DNA of 63,526 nucleotides, filler included, from Stramenopiles sp. TOSAG23-3 (Eukaryota): NCBI GenBank assembly GCA_900128585.1. It is 16 parts of 16 records of this genome, joined end to end, with 100 filler letters (N's around TTAATTAATTAA, not from the genome) between each part and the next. Parts side by side here need not be neighbours in the genome. Positions count along the whole stretch, not along the records: positions 55,713 to 59,571 come from LT644046.1; positions 59,672 to 63,526 come from LT644047.1; 14 more parts are not named here. One strand, 5' to 3'. Shown piece by piece: positions 57,050 to 63,526 of this stretch (position 1 is its first letter; each line of letters starts with the position of its first letter). The notes under the pieces were generated by a model. It saw only the letters and a program-made list of their open reading frames with translations, ran no database searches and was not told where the DNA came from. The position numbers and the translations under genes were made by a program.

Positions 57050-58393
57050 ATGACAAAGTCGAAAGCGCGACGGCGCCGAAAAAACGGTAACAAAACGGGA
57101 GAAGACGATTCGCCAGAAAGTCGAAAGCGGGTGGGAAAGCTTCAAAAGAAACAAGATTCACTGGCAAAATCTGAGCTAGGGTGTTTTCTGTTTTCCGCGT
57201 CTAAAGACGACGAAAAATCTGCATCCCAGGTGGTCCGTTGGTTAGTTGAAACAAGATGGAAAAAAAATTGGATCATCATTCACTCAAACAATTTTTCTGC
57301 TGACTTGTTTTGGAATACGACAGAAAGTAGTAGCACCCGGCCTGAGAATGTTTGGAAAGTAATGTCGCTATCGGGAGAAGAACGGGATTTAACTGGTGAA
57401 AAGACTTTCGTTCGCTCGGATTTAGTTAATGCGTTTTCGAGGTTGTTTAGTGAGCAATCGAATGGTAAAATTGGCCGTGTTCACAACGTGTGTGTAGTCT
57501 CCGAAAATAGTGTCGATTTAATTCCTTTGTTGCGAGCATTTTTCATCGACTCGTTGCCTAGCATTACGCGCATCTTGCTGCATGGAATTTTACTAATTGT
57601 CCGCGCCGAAGTAAAGGATGAGAACGAGAACTCCCGAGACGAAAACCCAATGCTCGTAACACCAAAGTCTGGTGAATACTTTAAGAAGAACCTTGCGCTT
57701 TGCGACGCAATTTTTATTATTTCGAACAAGACCAGCTCTACCTCGGAAAAAAAGCGTCTGGAGTTGGAGATTTTTAACCACAACGATCGATGCTTCATTA
57801 CGCACGTCCCCATCAACGCTTTTTCAATTACTTCAAACTCGAACGAATATTTAAAACCAAGGACAGACTTTGAGCTCTATTCTTATAGCCGTTATGTCGC
57901 GACAATGCTCGTGCCAACACCTAAGTACGTCTCCTATTTGGAAGAACGGAGAAGAAAAAAACAAGAAATTGTAGAATACCCAGGGGTTACATACAAAACA
58001 TATCGGTTCAGACTTTACACGTCGTGTGAAATGAAAAAATTGATATATTTCCTGGATCAACTTTTGCTGAAAAATCCTGGAATTATGCGTTTAAAGGGCT
58101 GCTTTGCGTTGCAAAGTAGTGGTGAAAAATATGTTCTGCAGGGCTGCTCGAAATTTTGGGGGATGGAGGAGGGGCAGACTTGGAACAACGAGAGAAGGCA
58201 GTGTCGATTATTGATTATTGGATCGGATCTCCCTCAGCATGAGATGATACTGAAAGACTTAAAATCTTGTAAAGCAAAAATGTCAATGTTTGAAAGATTC
58301 TATTGGTTCTACGAGAGTGAGCGGTGCTTAGCATGCTTAGGCTTACTGTTCTTCATTAGTCTGTGGTCGTTTGTACTGAAACAAGATAAATAG
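57050..58393 (+). CDS. CobW/COG0523 C-terminal domain protein with degenerate GTPase domain and C-terminal TM
   Basis: IMRLKGCF...KYVLQG...W..ERRQCRLLIIGSDL; LALCDAIFIISNKT resembles QIAFADxILLNKxD; no P-loop. Confidence 0.7.
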   Translation: MTKSKARRRRKNGNKTGEDDSPESRKRVGKLQKKQDSLAKSELGCFLFSASKDDEKSASQVVRWLVETRWKKNWIIIHSNNFSADLFWNTTESSSTRPENVWKVMSLSGEERDLTGEKTFVRSDLVNAFSRLFSEQSNGKIGRVHNVCVVSENSVDLIPLLRAFFIDSLPSITRILLHGILLIVRAEVKDENENSRDENPMLVTPKSGEYFKKNLALCDAIFIISNKTSSTSEKKRLELEIFNHNDRCFITHVPINAFSITSNSNEYLKPRTDFELYSYSRYVATMLVPTPKYVSYLEERRRKKQEIVEYPGVTYKTYRFRLYTSCEMKKLIYFLDQLLLKNPGIMRLKGCFALQSSGEKYVLQGCSKFWGMEEGQTWNNERRQCRLLIIGSDLPQHEMILKDLKSCKAKMSMFERFYWFYESERCLACLGLLFFISLWSFVLKQDK

Positions 58394-58921
58394 GGGCGTA
58401 CGACCATCATGGCACGGGGTGTTCATTAGTTTTGCTGCAGAGGATTTTAATGCTTCTAAATATGTCCTGAAGCAGTTTAAGTGCCACTCGGTAAAGATCT
58501 TTTCCTCCTGCACAATTTTTTTGTTGAAAGTTGCTAAGCACAATAAATGCATCGGCGTCATGCCGCGGCCTTTTGCAGTTTCATCCCTAGCCAAACCTAA
58601 ATGCGGAGATTTCTTCAAAAATGATTTTATGGCTGCAGCAGTCTTTTTGCGTGGATGGCTACACAATTCGTGCAGATTGTTGTGGTGGCAAAGATATTTC
58701 CCTTTCCTTTTCCATTCTCCCAAACCTGTTTCTTTCTCGATTGCACCAATTAGCAAATTTTTTGGCATTTTCTCCTTCTTCGAAATGGAAGACGCATGCT
58801 TTGCAGCGCTTTGAGAGAGGCTTGAATTATACATTCCTTGGCTGAAACAAATTTTTCTCCAATCTACGCCGTGGCCATGCAGCAACTTTTGTTTGCTTAA
58901 TGTGATCCCATAGCCGTCCAC
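58343..58921 (-). CDS. Small ankyrin-repeat protein or fragment; start uncertain
   Basis: NNLHELC, GRGMTPMHLLC, HDGRTPLFIL; overlaps the convergent gene by 51 nt. Confidence 0.5.
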   Translation of the reverse strand: MDGYGITLSKQKLLHGHGVDWRKICFSQGMYNSSLSQSAAKHASSISKKEKMPKNLLIGAIEKETGLGEWKRKGKYLCHHNNLHELCSHPRKKTAAAIKSFLKKSPHLGLARDETAKGRGMTPMHLLCLATFNKKIVQEEKIFTEWHLNCFRTYLEALKSSAAKLMNTPCHDGRTPLFILFQYKRPQTNEEQ

Positions 58922-58983
58922 AATTTTATAATTATTTTTGTTGCAAAGTCGAACTATTGGTGCATTTTATGAAATTCACTGAT

Positions 58984-59009
58984 AAATAACAGACAATTTT
59001 CTTGTTTTA
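58984..59009. mobile_element. Solo family A TIR
   Basis: AAATAACAGACAATTTTCTTGTTTTA, one mismatch to the TIR at 53923-53948. Confidence 0.55.
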
Positions 59010-59169
59010 TATCTAAAAAAGGTGCCATTATTCATTTTAACTTCAATAATAAATAAAAATGAAAAAAAATAGAGAACTACATTGCCTAGGATTGTATCGT
59101 AGTCTAAAACATGTAGAAAGTACAAATAAATGAACGGATAAAATTATTATTTTCTGTCTCGCCAATTAT

Positions 59170-59571
59170 TTATCTTGGCGTTGTTATATTTCGAACAGCA
59201 TTTAAACCTGACCCTACCGCACTGCTTGCGCGATGAAGATTGCTCGTAGTATTGCTTAATTGCCCTTCTTCGCTTTTCGCACATACGGTGGCTTCCGGAA
59301 CTGTTGTTTTCGGTATTTCGGAAGTGGTCGCACTAACTTTCGGTGTCACTGCCACTGTGGATGTGCTATTGTCGCTACTCGTGCGGTCCAAAATGGTCGT
59401 CTCCACGGGGCTACTTTTGGCCAACGACACGGCACTGCTTTCACTGGAAGGCCTCGAAATAGCCTTCCCTGCGGCGCTACTTTTGAGCAGCGGCACGGCA
59501 CTGCATTCGCTAACCGGTCTCGCCAAGGCTTGATTTCCTGCTGTCTTCAATTTTGCGGCGACAATATTTTT
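59170..59571 (-). CDS. Ser/Thr-rich repetitive C-terminal fragment; 5' partial
   Basis: Imperfect repeats RPVSECSAVPLLKSS / RPSSESSAVSLAKSS; open to the contig end. Confidence 0.55.
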   Translation of the reverse strand, partial: KNIVAAKLKTAGNQALARPVSECSAVPLLKSSAAGKAISRPSSESSAVSLAKSSPVETTILDRTSSDNSTSTVAVTPKVSATTSEIPKTTVPEATVCAKSEEGQLSNTTSNLHRASSAVGSGLNAVRNITTPR

Positions 59572-59671
59572 NNNNNNNNNNNNNNNNNNNNNNNNNNNNN
59601 NNNNNNNNNNNNNNNTTAATTAATTAANNNNNNNNNNNNNNNNNNNNNNNNNNNNNNNNNNNNNNNNNNNN

Positions 59672-61375
59672 CGATCCAGGGAAGGCAGTTGCGATGTAAA
59701 GGTAAAAGGTGCCAAGAAAAGGAAGGGCAAAAGACGTAAGCGTTTGCACTTTCAGGATATTCGATTTCCAGGCGGCACCGCAGGAGGAAAAAATGGATCG
59801 TCAAACGAGCGGTTGCTAAACACTACAGAAGACACAGTCTGGGTAAGCCCAGAGGAGTCCGTGGACGTAAATGGATACAAAAACCACCAGATTGGCCGCA
59901 TCCAGACCTTCAGTGGCGCCACCATTAAAGTAAAACCAGAAGAAACCACGGTTGCGTACATTATTCGAGGCACTGAAAATGCAGTTAAAATGGGAGTGCA
60001 GTTGGTAAAACAGGCCCTTGAGCTGATTCCAGGAAAGCGTGCACTGAAAAAATATTACGCTCAAAGTTTGAAGTGCTTTTCTTTTTTCAAAGGCGTTGGG
60101 TCCGGAAGTTTGTATTCAATGCAATTTAACGAATTTTTATCGTTCATGAACGAATCAAAAATTGGCGAAGTGCTGGATATTAATGTCGCCTCAACACTGT
60201 TCGATGTCGTCAACGACGAATTGACAAAGACGTTTCTTGAGGGAAGGAAAGAGGGGGACCAGATCATTACCGATGAGCTGAGAGATGATCTAAACGATGA
60301 CAGGTCGATTGTTCGCTTCGAATGGCAGGAGTGTCTGCTACGTCTGGCAGCGAAGGTGTTTGAGAAGCAATCTATTGTTAGAGACTCATTAACAGAAGAC
60401 ATAATATCAAAGGAACAATGCACATGGAAAAACCTCGGAGACGCAGTGGACATGCTGTTTCAGGGGTTTATCGAGAAAAATTTAGGCGATGCCGTTCTCC
60501 TTTCGCCGGACTCATTTCGGAACGAAAAGCTGCATAGCGAAGAAGTGGCAGAAGTCATTTTAAAAAATAAACGATTTCTGATCGAATTGTTTACTCTTGT
60601 AGCTGGTAACTCGATAGAAAATAATTCCAAAACAAATGATGAACGCAGCTGCTTGGTCTCAATGAAAGAATGGTTTAATTTTTTAAATGCTATGGACTTT
60701 GTTGATGAAGATTTTACTCGGCGCGAGGCCGTGTTTTCGTTCCTATGGTCGAAGTTTACAGTAGTCGATGACATACGCTGTGCATCGCGCTCTAGGATGC
60801 TGACATTCTTCGAGTTCATTGAGGCAATTTGTAGAATTGCAAATATGAAAACTATGCCCACTGCAGAGTTGTTGGAGATTGTTGGGGTGCCAGACATTGT
60901 TTCATTTTATAACTTAAAGTCCAGTGGTCAACTGAAACGGCGGTTGCCAATAGACAATAGCGATCACTCATCAATGTTGGAAACTATCGATGGGCGCGCC
61001 TCAAAAGCACAAGAGTTAGACGATCCACGTTCGTTGAGCGAAAAGTTACAGTTGCTTTTGAAACTTTTAAAAAGTAAGATAAGCTCAATAAGACGATGGG
61101 AAATAACCTATGGCAGAAAAGAAAAAATTCAGGCAAACTGCTTATCCCTAACGCAGGCGTTGAAATCTAGAGAATTATCCATGTATCAAGACTTAACTTG
61201 GAAAAAGAACGGCAGAAACAAGAAAAAAGACAACGCAGGAAAGAAGTCGCCATCAATGCCAAAGAAATCGATCCCAGACACTTTTGTGCGCTTGGGGAAG
61301 GGGAGTAGAAAACCCCATACCATTGTATTCCACCAGGGCATTTCTCGGAAAGCCTCGCACCGATCCCTCTGCTAA
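59672..61375 (+). CDS. KH-like plus degenerate EF-hand protein; 5' partial
   Basis: IGRIQTFSGATIKV...IIRGTENAV (KH-like); MQFNEF, IVRFEWQECLLRLA, LTFFEFIEAICRIA (EF-like). Confidence 0.65.
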   Translation, partial: RSREGSCDVKVKGAKKRKGKRRKRLHFQDIRFPGGTAGGKNGSSNERLLNTTEDTVWVSPEESVDVNGYKNHQIGRIQTFSGATIKVKPEETTVAYIIRGTENAVKMGVQLVKQALELIPGKRALKKYYAQSLKCFSFFKGVGSGSLYSMQFNEFLSFMNESKIGEVLDINVASTLFDVVNDELTKTFLEGRKEGDQIITDELRDDLNDDRSIVRFEWQECLLRLAAKVFEKQSIVRDSLTEDIISKEQCTWKNLGDAVDMLFQGFIEKNLGDAVLLSPDSFRNEKLHSEEVAEVILKNKRFLIELFTLVAGNSIENNSKTNDERSCLVSMKEWFNFLNAMDFVDEDFTRREAVFSFLWSKFTVVDDIRCASRSRMLTFFEFIEAICRIANMKTMPTAELLEIVGVPDIVSFYNLKSSGQLKRRLPIDNSDHSSMLETIDGRASKAQELDDPRSLSEKLQLLLKLLKSKISSIRRWEITYGRKEKIQANCLSLTQALKSRELSMYQDLTWKKNGRNKKKDNAGKKSPSMPKKSIPDTFVRLGKGSRKPHTIVFHQGISRKASHRSLC

Positions 61376-61950
61376 AAATGTGTGTAATAATACTCTGATA
61401 CTCTAAATAAAAAAAATAGATTAAAAAATTATTTTATTTCTCTTGTTTTACCAAGTACGAGTTACGAACTGAGCTCTAAAATTATTGCGTTTGTAGTTGT
61501 CGAAAATTTCAGATATACGACATAAATTACACAGCATTGATATTATTAGACTTCTAATATTATACTTTTGGGTAGAAGAAATAATATCGGAAGACACTAG
61601 AGAGTATTGAAAAAATAATAGCCGTTTTACCGTTATATCCTCCTCCTTCCTGTATTTTAACCATCTACTATTTATTAATTCAGATTTTTTGAGAAGTTGT
61701 TACTGTAGTACATCATCTAATAATAATAATTTTTTTTGAGGAAACGGAGGAGGAGGAGAAAGGAAGAAGATGAATAAATTAAAAAAATCCTAGTACGTAG
61801 ACTCCCCCCCAAACTCCCACATACATGTACGAACAACCGCAAACCCATTATTGATAACTTGTGAGTGTACATATGTGTTAAAGGCCAAAAAATTATAGGG
61901 CCACACTCATACTTAGCCCCTGTTTTCATTTCTCTTGTCTTATATACACA

Positions 61951-63526
61951 ATGGAAGGCTACTTTGATCACGTGCAGTCTCTTATAGAAGCTGAAAAAAA
62001 TGAATTTAAAACGAAGACCAGAAATGACTTGGACTACAGCCCTGATGAAAGGAAAATAAAGATTATGCTGTCAGAACCCCTCTATAATATTAAGTACTTT
62101 TATCACGATAAAGATGGAAGGGAAATTGGAGATAGTAGTTCAAAGTACACCTCGTGGGCTCTCATTTCACAACCAGAAGCAGGAGGCAAAGTAAGTGCCA
62201 AGCTTGATTTCTTGAGAAAAATTCAAAGCCATCTGAACGCAAAGATTGACAATCGGACAAAAGCAGGATCAAGCTTCATAATGCATGGAAAAATGTCCAA
62301 AGTTCATATGATGGATGGAGAATTGTTGGTGAAAACAAGGGAAGAGGTCGATCAGTATAGAAACCTTGCAAAACGTTTATGCAAGATGGCAATCCTAGAA
62401 ACGGAAACATTCTCTGAGCACCTTGATGAAAGCGTTCTCTTTGGTTTGTTGATGCTTCTTGTGGATGATTGCTGCACAAATACTGGAGAGAAATTGAACC
62501 TTATCGAGCACTATATGGTTTTTTTGCATAATCGTGAGCAGTTGATAGATTCAGTCGAAGCTACAGAGGAAGAAGACGTTCCGTGTTGGTCGATGGCTGG
62601 AATTGAGTTCCAGCTGATTCGCGATGCATTTCACTTGCATCTTAAAAAAATACCAAAAGCGCGAGTGGAAAGTCCGCAATTAGATATATTTATTTCACCC
62701 CTTGCACATGCTGTGAAATATGGAAGTATTGAAGTGACAAAGCTATTGCTTCAGCCTCGATTTAATGTCGACCCCAGCCGGCCTATTCCATTTAAAACGT
62801 ACGACAAAAACTACAGCCAAAAAAAAAACCTAAATACGTATGACATAGCAATCATTGGCAAACACTGTGCACACACGCTGTACAAAAGCAAAGATTCCCA
62901 ATGGATAAAAAATGGATGGAAAATTATTCTTGAAGAGCTGCGGTCCGATTCTGACAGTAAAATGAATGCATTGAGGTACCGAAAAGCATGTTTTTCATTT
63001 CTCAGAGACCCTCTCGCTTGGCTCACAATTATTACAACAGTAGTGTTGGCCGCATACGCAATGCATGTAACGACCAGGGGCGGCATCACGGGCGTAAGAT
63101 TCGCCACAGAAATCATGGAGCGGTTAGTGCACGATGAGATAGATTTTCAGAACGAACCATTCGCCACGACATTTTATGAAATTAATTCAGTTGATCAGTT
63201 TTGGGCATTTGTGGACGGGCCTTTCCAACAAACGTTGTACTCCCAAAGTAATACCGACCCGTACATGATTGATGGTTTGTATTATGCGGTGGGAGACGTT
63301 AGATTTCGGCAGACGCGTTTGAAAAAGAGTAAGAATTACAAGAAATGCTTTGCTGGGGATACCTCTTTCAGCAAAAGTGTGATGCCAAAAGAAGGATGTA
63401 TCGTCGATAGTGGGCGTTATGAAACGGCACCAATCATCGAAGGAAAGTACGAATTTAGTAAAAGGAAAGTGGCGGGAGAAAGAAAAACTATGGGTGCAAC
63501 TTCGTGGGTCCAATGGTACCCAGCAG
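61951..63526 (+). CDS. Polycystin/PKD2-like (TRPP) channel with N-terminal ankyrin-like repeat; 3' partial, not in ORF track
   Basis: 525 uninterrupted codons from ATG 61951; SPLAHAVKYGSIEVTKLLL; TM helix; TFYEINSVDQFWAFVDGPF...AVGDVRFRQTR...WYPA polycystin-domain motifs. Confidence 0.8.
   Translation, partial: MEGYFDHVQSLIEAEKNEFKTKTRNDLDYSPDERKIKIMLSEPLYNIKYFYHDKDGREIGDSSSKYTSWALISQPEAGGKVSAKLDFLRKIQSHLNAKIDNRTKAGSSFIMHGKMSKVHMMDGELLVKTREEVDQYRNLAKRLCKMAILETETFSEHLDESVLFGLLMLLVDDCCTNTGEKLNLIEHYMVFLHNREQLIDSVEATEEEDVPCWSMAGIEFQLIRDAFHLHLKKIPKARVESPQLDIFISPLAHAVKYGSIEVTKLLLQPRFNVDPSRPIPFKTYDKNYSQKKNLNTYDIAIIGKHCAHTLYKSKDSQWIKNGWKIILEELRSDSDSKMNALRYRKACFSFLRDPLAWLTIITTVVLAAYAMHVTTRGGITGVRFATEIMERLVHDEIDFQNEPFATTFYEINSVDQFWAFVDGPFQQTLYSQSNTDPYMIDGLYYAVGDVRFRQTRLKKSKNYKKCFAGDTSFSKSVMPKEGCIVDSGRYETAPIIEGKYEFSKRKVAGERKTMGATSWVQWYPA

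Noticed and set aside
12440..63526. Functional clustering of flagellar, calcium or toxin genes across the window
   Set aside because: Contigs are ordered by length, so neighbourhood across spacers is meaningless.

Overview
This window is not one locus. It is 16 size-sorted contigs (3,895 down to 3,855 bp) joined by artificial 100-bp spacers (N44-TTAATTAATTAA-N44), so adjacency across spacers means nothing. Fifteen contigs are nuclear DNA of a microbial eukaryote with compact, mostly intronless genes. BBS9 points to a flagellated cell; a heterotrophic protist such as a stramenopile is my inference. Recognisable products include BBS9, TBCD, DDX24, CDC40/PRP17, a CLEC16A-like protein, a REX1-like exonuclease, RPAIN, BUD20, an H+-pyrophosphatase, an SLC38-like transporter and a nitronate monooxygenase-family enzyme. 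One contig (43820-47686) is mitochondrial (rpl2-rps19-rps3-rpl16-probable rps10), reads TGA as Trp and has a very long rps3 split over two frames. Most notable: (1) a stand-alone ORF with diphtheria toxin/exotoxin A-type ADP-ribosyltransferase motifs; (2) a secreted kelch propeller whose 165-bp repeats have an almost invariant framework but variable, mosaic loops; (3) a family of inverted-repeat elements sitting just 3' of stop codons on five contigs, plus a second family 5' of genes; (4) three of four resolvable introns ending in CAAG; (5) an ankyrin-polycystin (PKD2-like) channel missing from the ORF track. All family calls are by-eye motif recognition; no search was run.
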